Assembly: GCA_048882505.1 (NCBI GenBank)
Contig: JBHLRO010000012.1
Location: 60,001 to 92,000, forward strand
Source of the DNA: Candidatus Thorarchaeota archaeon
GTDB lineage: Archaea; Asgardarchaeota; Heimdallarchaeia; Hodarchaeales; Hodarchaeaceae
DNA: 32,000 nt
Reading direction: 5' to 3'
How positions within the stretch are numbered: position 1 is the first letter of the stretch; each line of letters begins with the position of its first letter. Shown here one piece after another: positions 16,672 to 24,945 of the stretch. The notes beneath the pieces are model-generated. The model was not told where the DNA came from and did no database searches. It saw only the letters and a list, made by a program, of their open reading frames with translations. The position numbers and the translations under genes are program-made.

Positions 16672-19149
16672 ATGAACATAAAACTCTCTGTTTTGCTACT
16701 GATATCTGTATTTGTCTTTTTTCTTCCACTTTTGCATCCTACCGTCTCAGAATCTGAATTAGTCTATTTACAGTCGTCAGGACATTTTGAAGCGACAGCT
16801 CCCTCCAATAACGTTTTTGGGCAAGAATATCTCGGACTTCTTGTACAATTTAAAGAAAAAATCCCGTCTTTGGAGGAATTTAAGGGTTTTATTAAGCATG
16901 AATACTCCTTTTTACCAATTGCCTTGGTGAAATTCCCGAACCGATATATGACTAATCAGTTTCTCTCTTCCTATAAGGATAAAATAGTGTCTGTTGAACC
17001 CAACAGAGCGTACCAAGCAGAACCTTTCTTATATCAATCCATATCTCGGGATTATATACCAAAGTTTAAGAGACATAATATAGCAACAGCGATACGTGAT
17101 TACACCGGAACCACATACCTTCATCAAAAGAATCTTACAGGAAAAGGTGTTAGGATAGGTATAATAGATACAGGGATCAATTATGTTGGGGAAATCGGAT
17201 CTCGTGTAATAGGAAGGGATGTTTTCGTATCCAAGCAATATGGATATTCACAGGATATCTCAGATTCTGGCGATGCGTGGCCCGGCGGGCACGGAACAAA
17301 GGTAGCGACGTTCGCAGCAGGAAGTTCAACTGGAATTGCCCCCGATGCCGAAATATTGAGTGCAAAGGTAATTCACGATGAGGCAACTTTGGGGGCGGGA
17401 GGAGGTGGAGGAGAAGAAACTTCTGCGGGAATGCTCGCCGCGATCGAATGGCTAGTTAACAACTCTGTCGACGTAATCAACATTTCACTTGGCCAATATC
17501 ATAATCTTCCAAGTGGACTAAGGGATAGGGTGATCAACCAAGTATCCATAGAAAATAACGTCGTTTTTACTATATCTGCTGGTAACTCTGGTACTGTATT
17601 CGAGGATCGGGGAACATTAAATAATCCATCCACAGCTCTCCAAGCTATTGCTGTTACTGCAAGTGATATCGGTGGGACATTTATTGCGAATTTTGCCTCA
17701 AAAGGTCCGAAAGTAGATTATTCAATGAAACCAGATATTGCTGCACCAGGTGTAAACCTTCCGGATCAAGGCACCTCATTCGCAGCGCCAATCGTGGCGG
17801 GTTCAGCAGCATTATTAATAGAAGGTCTAAGGAACTTGAGTTTATCTTACTCAGCTTCTACCATAAAAGCGGCTCTTCTTGATGGAGCTCGCTCCATGGG
17901 ATTTTCATCTTGGAAGGAGGGTGCGGGCTTTCTCAATGTTACAAACGCGTGGGAAAAACTGAGATCTGCTCCCACTGAAAATAATCGGCCTGATCTGGTT
18001 TATCTACACCCCAAACAGTTACCAATTGATCCCTACGAAGTCTTGTTCAAGGGGAGTTCCATTGCTCTTAATCTGACCGTAATAACTGGACTGGAGAAGA
18101 AAGTTCAGGATACAATTCTATCGTCCACTCTAATCCCGTATATAAGCCTAGAAGGAACTCCAATCGACATAAACAATTCCTTTCTATTACGTGTCAATTT
18201 TACAATCCCACTTAGTGCTGAAGAACAATTGGTACAAGGTAATCTGACAATTGGCACCCAAAAAATACTAATCAGCTTTGAGATAAGATCGCCACAAGCG
18301 CGGGTTCTATTTGATGAGACCCTTAATAGGATTGTACAACATGGGATTGGAACCACTTCTGCGGAAGTTAAAGGAGATACATCAAGTACGATAGGAATGT
18401 TCGCAGAGTTTACTAAATTTCTCGCTTACGATAACAATTACAGCGTAACGCCGCACGTCAAAGGTGATTTAACGATAGAGGAATTATCCAAGTTTGACGT
18501 TCTTATTCTTCCTAACCCATTTTCCCTCGCTAGTGATATCTATATGGATTGGGTAAGTAATCCAGGAAATTCCTATCTTATAGCCTCGCAAGAAAGCATT
18601 GATGCGATCCATCAGTTTGTTTCAAAGGGAGGTGGCCTTTTGGTTTTAAGTACAGATCAGGAAAACTACAATTTAACGGCACTAAATGATTTCTTAACTC
18701 CATTTAATATTCAGATTCAATCCACCGCCCCTGAGATTGTGACCGAGGCTATGATTATTGACAATTCGTTTAATTTCACTCAGAATGTCAATTCTTACCT
18801 GCATTGGGGTAATTATCTCTCAAAGATTGGAAATTCATCCAATGAACGAATATTAGCCACTTCGAACGGGGAACCAACACTTATCGCACATCTAAATCCC
18901 TCAGGGGGAAGGGTTGTCGTTTTTGGATCTGATCTGGTATTCGACAATATCGGGTTTTCTTCGGAGTTGTACGGTAACCAAGAAAAAAACAGGATATTTG
19001 CCTTCAATACGGTAGCCTGGTTAAGTCAAAAAAGCCTAAAACCAACCACAACCGATTTACCGGAATTTCCCCTCCCCTTGATGCTTTTTTTACTTTTTTC
19101 AGCTATCGCTATATGCTATATTATTTATACAAAAAAAAGCAATTCATAG
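16672..19149 (+). CDS. Membrane-anchored subtilisin-like S8 protease (signal peptide, I9-like prodomain, catalytic domain, Ig-like, GIFT/GATase-like domain, C-terminal TM)
   Basis: Catalytic residues IIDTG (Asp), GHGTKVA (His), SAGNSG (oxyanion Asn), GTSFAAP (Ser). Later RVLFDETLN...FDVLILPNP...IHQFVSKGGGLLVLS...GGRVVVFGSD; TM LMLFLLFSAIAICYII. Confidence 0.92.
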   Translation: MNIKLSVLLLISVFVFFLPLLHPTVSESELVYLQSSGHFEATAPSNNVFGQEYLGLLVQFKEKIPSLEEFKGFIKHEYSFLPIALVKFPNRYMTNQFLSSYKDKIVSVEPNRAYQAEPFLYQSISRDYIPKFKRHNIATAIRDYTGTTYLHQKNLTGKGVRIGIIDTGINYVGEIGSRVIGRDVFVSKQYGYSQDISDSGDAWPGGHGTKVATFAAGSSTGIAPDAEILSAKVIHDEATLGAGGGGGEETSAGMLAAIEWLVNNSVDVINISLGQYHNLPSGLRDRVINQVSIENNVVFTISAGNSGTVFEDRGTLNNPSTALQAIAVTASDIGGTFIANFASKGPKVDYSMKPDIAAPGVNLPDQGTSFAAPIVAGSAALLIEGLRNLSLSYSASTIKAALLDGARSMGFSSWKEGAGFLNVTNAWEKLRSAPTENNRPDLVYLHPKQLPIDPYEVLFKGSSIALNLTVITGLEKKVQDTILSSTLIPYISLEGTPIDINNSFLLRVNFTIPLSAEEQLVQGNLTIGTQKILISFEIRSPQARVLFDETLNRIVQHGIGTTSAEVKGDTSSTIGMFAEFTKFLAYDNNYSVTPHVKGDLTIEELSKFDVLILPNPFSLASDIYMDWVSNPGNSYLIASQESIDAIHQFVSKGGGLLVLSTDQENYNLTALNDFLTPFNIQIQSTAPEIVTEAMIIDNSFNFTQNVNSYLHWGNYLSKIGNSSNERILATSNGEPTLIAHLNPSGGRVVVFGSDLVFDNIGFSSELYGNQEKNRIFAFNTVAWLSQKSLKPTTTDLPEFPLPLMLFLLFSAIAICYIIYTKKSNS

Positions 19150-19209
19150 TGAAATAGGATGTTCATTAACGAACCTCTATTCCTTATCGTTCGGTGACTT
19201 ACAGTTAGA

Positions 19210-20301
19210 ATGAGAGCCTCCGAAATGTCTGAGACGCAATCCGATCGCCTCCGTACAGTTCTAATGCGTATCATTGAAGGATTTTCTGACTATTTCGTTT
19301 CTCGGGTTGCAGCTACCTATAATGAAACGCCTTCTAAGGTCAATGTTCGAAACATATCCGCTGAAAGAAAATTAGGGACCACCGGAATCCATATCGTTAA
19401 GGTCGCCCTTGAGTCTGATCTGGGGGAAGATGAGGCAAGCATAGCTGTCAAAATATACGAACAAAAAGACCAAGCTGCGGAAGTGGTAAAACGGATTAAC
19501 TCCCTTCAGCAGCGCATCACTCCGTATCGTAATTTGGGTGTTTCTTCCGCGGCAGTTATCTTCTTCTCCGGTAGTGTGGTTATTATGGAAGGTATTCCAG
19601 GTGATGTATTTCGTGACTCAAAAATTCCTAGACCACAGAAGTATAGATATGCTGGAAAGGCGCTAGCTGTGTTCCATGGAAACAAAAGGGAAAAAGTGTG
19701 GTTTGATAAGTATAAATTATTACTAAATCGTAGTTTGCAGAGCTTGCCAAATATTATTTCAAACTCTGGAAAAATTACCCTGAGAGATCGATTTAATGAA
19801 GTTTTACCTGCTGTAGAACGAGTTTCCGTGAACTCGGGGGCGATTACATTTGGTGATTTCCACCCAGGAAATGTGATTTTCGATATCAAATTGGGGAGAG
19901 CTCCCATGATTCAGACACATTTAATTGATCCGGAGTTCCTAGATATGACTAGTACTGATCATGAACGGCTCGAAGATATTTGTAACTTTTTTGCTGTAGA
20001 AACGGTGGATGTTTACAGGCAAGATCCAGAACTAAGAACGCTTCGTTTAAATTTAAAGTCTTTTTTATCTGGATATAAGGAATTTCTGGCGCTAGGGCAA
20101 TCTTCCTTGGCTGAAATGTATCCAAATGATAAGAATTATATTCCCATTAATTTTCATTTAGCATTGATGGTTTTAATGTCCATACTCAACATTCAAGGGA
20201 TGCCTGAATTGTTTGGGGGTGATCAGGGACTAAAGAAGGAAATATTATTACGGCAGGAGCTAATTGAGCGGCTTTTAACGTGGGAGTCTTTCCCCGATTG
20301 A
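19210..20301 (+). CDS. Aminoglycoside/choline-kinase-like (APH, ELK-fold) phosphotransferase
   Basis: IAVKIY, VIMEGIPG, GKALAVFHG, catalytic FGDFHPGNVIF, metal-binding LIDPE. Confidence 0.8.
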   Translation: MRASEMSETQSDRLRTVLMRIIEGFSDYFVSRVAATYNETPSKVNVRNISAERKLGTTGIHIVKVALESDLGEDEASIAVKIYEQKDQAAEVVKRINSLQQRITPYRNLGVSSAAVIFFSGSVVIMEGIPGDVFRDSKIPRPQKYRYAGKALAVFHGNKREKVWFDKYKLLLNRSLQSLPNIISNSGKITLRDRFNEVLPAVERVSVNSGAITFGDFHPGNVIFDIKLGRAPMIQTHLIDPEFLDMTSTDHERLEDICNFFAVETVDVYRQDPELRTLRLNLKSFLSGYKEFLALGQSSLAEMYPNDKNYIPINFHLALMVLMSILNIQGMPELFGGDQGLKKEILLRQELIERLLTWESFPD

Positions 20302-20582
20302 GCAAACCGTTTTTTCTTATAATAAAGAACAGAAACACAAAGAGAAAAGCCAAAATTCATTGAGTGTGGGAGAATTAAGCATTTTCCCGATTTGAGTCTG
20401 AAAGGTAATTTAAGGGGGAATATGTGATAATCGTTCCTCAACAACGACTGGATCCGATTATCGAGTAAGTATTTAAATAAAATTTGATCACATAGATTAA
20501 TCTAGGTAAAAGCACACTACAGATCTAAGGGTTTAAACCTTGGTAGGAGTTAATCCTTGGTTCCTTTCTGATGGCCTGTTAA

Positions 20583-21578
20583 ATGCTCTCGAATAGCTTT
20601 GTGAAAGATGTGGACAAAATTCGACGTGACACCGCAAGTGGTGCTGCAAAGATCGCAGAAGATTGCTTGCAAACATTGAAACGGGAGTGTGTTCGAAGGC
20701 CGATACTTTCGTTGAATCGGAGTTTGCTGAAAACTGCCATCCAGATGTTACTGAACACTCATCCAATGGCTACTATCGAAAACGCCCTTTTTCCTGTTTA
20801 TTTGCGGCTGGCAGAGATACTTCGTGCCAACGAAAATAGTAACCGTCGAGGGGTTGTCGAAATGGTCTTTAATACTCATATCGACCATTTGAGGCAAGGA
20901 GAGAAGAGAACCATAAACACATTGGCTGAAATTTTAAGACCTATTGACAAATTACTCACTTTTTCTTACTCGTCAACGGTTATTAAGGCTCTACTCCAGC
21001 TCGCGAGTTCAGAAGATCACGATAAAGACATTTATGTATTGGAATCACGACCGTTAAAAGAAGGTGAGAGGACCGCTAGAACCTTGGCCAACGCAGGATT
21101 TAACGTAACCCTAGGCGTTGATTTCGCAGTCAATGAATTCTCTCAACAAGTAACAACTGCTGTTCTGGGTTGTGACACAATTCATACTCATAATGGTAAT
21201 ATTTTAAATAAAATCGGTTCTGCTACTATTGCCCAAGTATTTAACACGCAATCCAAAGATGTAATTGTAGCAGGCTCATTTTCGAAGGTTTGTCTTTCTG
21301 GCCTGCTTTTCTCTCATGATCCAACCTGGGATATGCCGATTACAGAACGCAATCCCAAAGAAGTTTCTTCCATTGTTGGCCCCAATCTCGTCGTCTGGAA
21401 CAAATATTTCGAGTTAATACCCCCAGAATATGTTACGTTATTGGTATTAGACAAATTCGAAATCCCATCCCCAATTACAGATCACATACCCAAATTCGTC
21501 GAGAAGAATTATGGTGTTGCCTCACACATTGATGACCTGAGAGAAGTGTGGCTTGGTGCTGAATACTCTGTTGTGTAA
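20583..21578 (+). CDS. eIF2B alpha/beta/delta-family protein (aIF2B-like), probably non-isomerase
   Basis: D.ASGAAKIA, TFSYSSTV, VLESRPLKEG, LGCD, NKIGS, FELIPPEYVT. Confidence 0.88.
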   Translation: MLSNSFVKDVDKIRRDTASGAAKIAEDCLQTLKRECVRRPILSLNRSLLKTAIQMLLNTHPMATIENALFPVYLRLAEILRANENSNRRGVVEMVFNTHIDHLRQGEKRTINTLAEILRPIDKLLTFSYSSTVIKALLQLASSEDHDKDIYVLESRPLKEGERTARTLANAGFNVTLGVDFAVNEFSQQVTTAVLGCDTIHTHNGNILNKIGSATIAQVFNTQSKDVIVAGSFSKVCLSGLLFSHDPTWDMPITERNPKEVSSIVGPNLVVWNKYFELIPPEYVTLLVLDKFEIPSPITDHIPKFVEKNYGVASHIDDLREVWLGAEYSVV

Positions 21579-21608
21579 TATCCTGCTATAGAGTCAACAC
21601 AAGGTAGA

Positions 21609-23429
21609 TTACCACGGTTTTACCAGCTCAGGCTGGATAACGGGATTCTCAAAAACCAATGTACCACGATAAGGATCACGTTTCCGTCTAGGACGTATTT
21701 TGACAATAGTACCGGAAGTAATCATTAATTTCACGCTATCTTCGAGAACAGGTTTGAATCCACTGTCAAAAACGAGGTTCCAGGTTGAGTTGTTTCCTTC
21801 ATTCCAAGCAATCAGATGAATTTCATCTCTTTCAGGTGAATCTATTAGATCTAAAACATGATAAAATCCTTTGAACTGCCTAGCTGGGCCTTCCTCCTCA
21901 TCATGTGAATTAATTTCGATGGGAATCTCCTTGAGTAGAAGAGTCGGGATCCCACGTTTTGAATTATCTTTTGCTCTGTTTTTTAATTCCTTTTTAAAGA
22001 GATCTAGAACTTTCAGATCGAGTTCAACCAGATCTGGTCTGAGTCTCGAAAACACAAATAGTCGATAAAGAGACCTAGGCCCTTCTTCCGTCTTTTCAAA
22101 GTTTTTCACAACGAACTTGAGAATTTGGATTGCCAGCTCACGCTGACCATGAGTATATAGGTCCACAGCATAAGTATGGACAGAAGAAAGTACCCCTTCA
22201 ATCAGATCTGGATACCTTTTCACCAGAACTGCTGCGTTATTCTCTTGTCCTATCGCAACAAGTGAAACAGCAAGTCCTAGAAGTTGGGTGGATGACAATT
22301 CAGGGTCCATTGCGGGAATGCTCTTAAAAAGAGATAGAGCTTGTTCATATTCCCCTAACAATAGATAGAGAAGTCCTTGTAACGAAATAACATTTTCGAT
22401 GGCTTCCTTACCAACGGAGATAAAATTCATAAACACTCTGCATGCTTCGGCATGGACGAGCGCTTCAGTGACCTGATTTCGGGTTAACTTATAGTCTAGT
22501 AGCCAGGAGTGATGTTCAAATAGTTCTGAGCGCAGCATCCTCTCAACAATGACGCGTTGTTCAAGACTTCCGATCTGGTAAATTAGCTGTGAACTTGTTG
22601 CCAGGATTTCTGTAATTATATTTTCTGCCTCTTGGATGTTAAAACTTTCACGTGCATCTCTTGCTTTTATAACGAGCTGTTGAGCTACCAGCAATGCATC
22701 CTCAGGGGTGAGAATCTCTAATTGGTTTTTAATGGGAGAAGATTCAGCGGATATAATGTCCCCTTTCTCCCCTTTGTCACCAGAACTGAATTGCGCAGCG
22801 GTTCGAACGAACCGGGCCGTATCGCCCAGGTCCTTAATCAACATTGCTACATCAATATATCTTCTGGTTCGCTTTTTATAACTCCAAGAAGCGTGAAACA
22901 CCCTTTCAACAGTTTTATCAAGTATCTGACGCATTTTTGGATCTTTAACGGATGCTGAGAGAACCGAGACAAAAGATCCACATGAAAGATGGTCAATTCC
23001 CCGAAAGATGGCATTTTCTTTGATAATTCGGGCTACACCTTCGTCATCAGAAACACAGGCAACTTTGTTGTTGTCTATTAGTGTGAATTTTTTTGCCAGG
23101 ATTACTACATCTATATCTGCTGGATCCTTGTCGGCCCTTACCATGTGCTCCTTTTGAGAGTATGCCGCAATTTGAGTCCAGAGGTTAGATTTTCGATTAA
23201 CCGGTTCAAGTCTTACATATTTTGGTATACTGGTTCGCAGTTCCCGAAATTTCCCTGGAATGTCAGACTTAGGGATTTCTGCCGGGACCATGATTTCCAT
23301 CCCTACGGATCGTGCAATCTCCTGCAACTTCGGTAAAAGAGAGTTGATGACACCGGCGTTTAATAGTGAGATGAAAAAATTGGTATCTATTACAACAATA
23401 TCAAATACGGGCTTAGAATCAGCTGCCAT
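21609..23429 (-). CDS. PIN-domain protein with TPR-like helical repeats and a beta-rich C-terminal domain
   Basis: VVIDTNFFI, DPADIDVVILA and VSDDEGV provide the PIN acidic residues. YLLLGEYEQALSLFKSI and YTHGQRELAIQILK are TPR-like. Confidence 0.78.
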   Translation of the reverse strand: MAADSKPVFDIVVIDTNFFISLLNAGVINSLLPKLQEIARSVGMEIMVPAEIPKSDIPGKFRELRTSIPKYVRLEPVNRKSNLWTQIAAYSQKEHMVRADKDPADIDVVILAKKFTLIDNNKVACVSDDEGVARIIKENAIFRGIDHLSCGSFVSVLSASVKDPKMRQILDKTVERVFHASWSYKKRTRRYIDVAMLIKDLGDTARFVRTAAQFSSGDKGEKGDIISAESSPIKNQLEILTPEDALLVAQQLVIKARDARESFNIQEAENIITEILATSSQLIYQIGSLEQRVIVERMLRSELFEHHSWLLDYKLTRNQVTEALVHAEACRVFMNFISVGKEAIENVISLQGLLYLLLGEYEQALSLFKSIPAMDPELSSTQLLGLAVSLVAIGQENNAAVLVKRYPDLIEGVLSSVHTYAVDLYTHGQRELAIQILKFVVKNFEKTEEGPRSLYRLFVFSRLRPDLVELDLKVLDLFKKELKNRAKDNSKRGIPTLLLKEIPIEINSHDEEEGPARQFKGFYHVLDLIDSPERDEIHLIAWNEGNNSTWNLVFDSGFKPVLEDSVKLMITSGTIVKIRPRRKRDPYRGTLVFENPVIQPELVKPW

Positions 23430-23542
23430 TTATTAGGAACTCCAAGGAAATCTGTCTTCTCACCTTCAACAATTCACCCAGGAGCCGTTGGGAATATAGG
23501 AAGGTTTTTCTTTAAAAAGCCTGACATAGTTATCTAGAAAGT

Positions 23543-23548
23543 AAAAAA
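23543..23548 (-). terminator. Oligo-T tract directly after tRNA-Cys (archaeal-type terminator)
   Basis: AAAAAA on the + strand is TTTTTT on the tRNA strand, immediately 3' of the acceptor stem. Confidence 0.5.
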
Positions 23549-23619
23549 GCGGAGGGCGTGATTTGAACACGCGTTAAACTGCTTTGCAGGCAGCCCCATA
23601 ACCACTTTGGTACCTCCGC
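23548..23619 (-). tRNA. tRNA-Cys (GCA), intron-less, CCA not encoded
   Basis: Minus strand GCGGAGG-TA-CCAAAGTGGTTATGG-G-GCTGC-CTGCAAA-GCAGT-TTAAC-GCGTG-TTCAAAT-CACGC-CCTCCGC-T: 7-bp acceptor stem, 5-bp T-stem, anticodon GCA, U73 discriminator typical of tRNA-Cys. Confidence 0.96.
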
Positions 23620-23854
23620 AGGAGGATCAACGTTTGTTTAATGATTTTCTGTAAATTCAATTTTCAATTAATTCAATAGATTAGGAACCCTGACTTGAGA
23701 CGGTTCTCATTTTCAGCGGTACTAAAACTTTTTCCTCCATATGTGAAAAGGATTATTTATAGGAGGATATGGGTTTGGATAAAATACTTAGAAATCACTG
23801 ATTCACAATTTTTCGACAGATTAAATTATCAATATTTAGTCAAATGAAGGTAAG

Positions 23855-24742
23855 ATGATGTCTACACAACGTCTGTTCGTTTACTCTCCCTCTCTTGATG
23901 GGGAATACGTCCCCATAAAGTTTAATCCTGAAAAAGATATGATCGAATCCGAAGTACTTATTTTCTTGGACGATGAGGAGCGGCAGATTTTTATCTGGAC
24001 GGGGTCAGAAGCACCCGTTAGGAAGAGGTTTATCTCAAGCCAGATCGCTCGTCAAATGCGCCTCGAAAAGGGAATGACCTTTAGAGTTAGCACAGTTGAC
24101 GAAGGTAATGAAACCAAAGAATTTAATGCCCTGATTATGAGGATTGGCGCCGAAGGCATTAATCCAGGGCCGCTTCTGGAAGTTTCCCCGCCTCTTGGGG
24201 CTGCAGATCTTCCAGTACCCACTCCTGATGATTTAAAACCATCTAAGAAAGATCGAAAGAAAAAGAAATCAAAAGTAACAAAGGCAAAGACTTTAGCTGC
24301 CCTAAGAACGCCAACCTCGTCCAAACAAGCACCTCCCTCATTTCAGACACCAATCATCTCTTCTTCGCCAACAGTTAGCTCGCTAGCTTCTATTCCGTCC
24401 TCAAGCAATTCCAGGGGTTTTTATTATTCGGTTGACCAAGAGTCTGAGGTAACAAGAGATGAGGCTAAGATCATATTCCCTGCCGAAAGCCAAGATGTAA
24501 TCTTTACAACGTTATTGGTATCTACTCCATCGGAAAGCGGAAAAATTGAATTTTTCTCTTTAGCTGGAAAATCAAAAACAATTGAAGTAGAAAAAACGGA
24601 GGATCCCTTCCTGGTCATATACCTGACTCCCAAGGCACGTCCAGTTTATGAGCTAGATGATCTATATATTCCTATACCGAAAGGGAATTCTGTTTATCTC
24701 ACATGTCCTTCTCAAACATTTATAGGGATAAATTTGAAATAA
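23855..24742 (+). CDS. Single gelsolin-domain protein with Lys-rich and Ser/Pro-rich linker and an uncharacterised C-terminal domain (1DGelX-like)
   Basis: EVLIFLDDEERQIFIWTGSEAPVRKRFISSQIARQM...VSTVDEGNETKEFNALI matches the gelsolin repeat pattern (W.G...s...e; v..v.eg.E...F). Confidence 0.85.
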   Translation: MMSTQRLFVYSPSLDGEYVPIKFNPEKDMIESEVLIFLDDEERQIFIWTGSEAPVRKRFISSQIARQMRLEKGMTFRVSTVDEGNETKEFNALIMRIGAEGINPGPLLEVSPPLGAADLPVPTPDDLKPSKKDRKKKKSKVTKAKTLAALRTPTSSKQAPPSFQTPIISSSPTVSSLASIPSSSNSRGFYYSVDQESEVTRDEAKIIFPAESQDVIFTTLLVSTPSESGKIEFFSLAGKSKTIEVEKTEDPFLVIYLTPKARPVYELDDLYIPIPKGNSVYLTCPSQTFIGINLK

Positions 24743-24913
24743 TTGGATCTAACGATGACACCTATATGGCAGTAAGTCATTTGTACAGATTTGTTTGTCA
24801 GGTGGGGAGATTTAATCAAAGTCTTTCTTGACAATCCCCGGTAAGGTTACTCGGGGCCGAAATCTTCAAAATTATCAAATATAATTCGAAATTATTCCAA
24901 ATACTCTCTGGAC

Positions 24914-24921
24914 ATATAATT
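24914..24921 (+). promoter_or_regulatory. Possible TATA box for a near-leaderless HMG-CoA reductase transcript
   Basis: ATATAATT lies 25-32 nt upstream of ATG 24946 and there is no SD. Imperfect consensus. Confidence 0.3.
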
Positions 24922-24945
24922 TACGAAGATGCTGAGGCTTCCTTT

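Noticed and set aside
20223-20444. 73-aa minus-strand ORF in the kinase/eIF2B gap
   Set aside because: It overlaps the kinase 3' end, has no motif and runs through AT-rich intergenic sequence.
23429-23619. tRNA-Cys next to a PIN gene as an integration site or toxin-antitoxin island
   Set aside because: I found no integrase, no duplicated tRNA 3' end and no antitoxin-sized ORF, and composition looks uniform.
23762-23801. SD-like GGAGG followed by a 10-codon ORF (MGLDKILRNH) upstream of the gelsolin gene
   Set aside because: SD-to-ATG spacing is only 2 nt and the peptide is featureless, so chance is likely.
24755-24781. ATGAC...GTCAT hairpin after the gelsolin gene as a SECIS element
   Set aside because: There is no in-frame TGA in the neighbouring genes, and the non-Watson-Crick GA quartet geometry is not evident.
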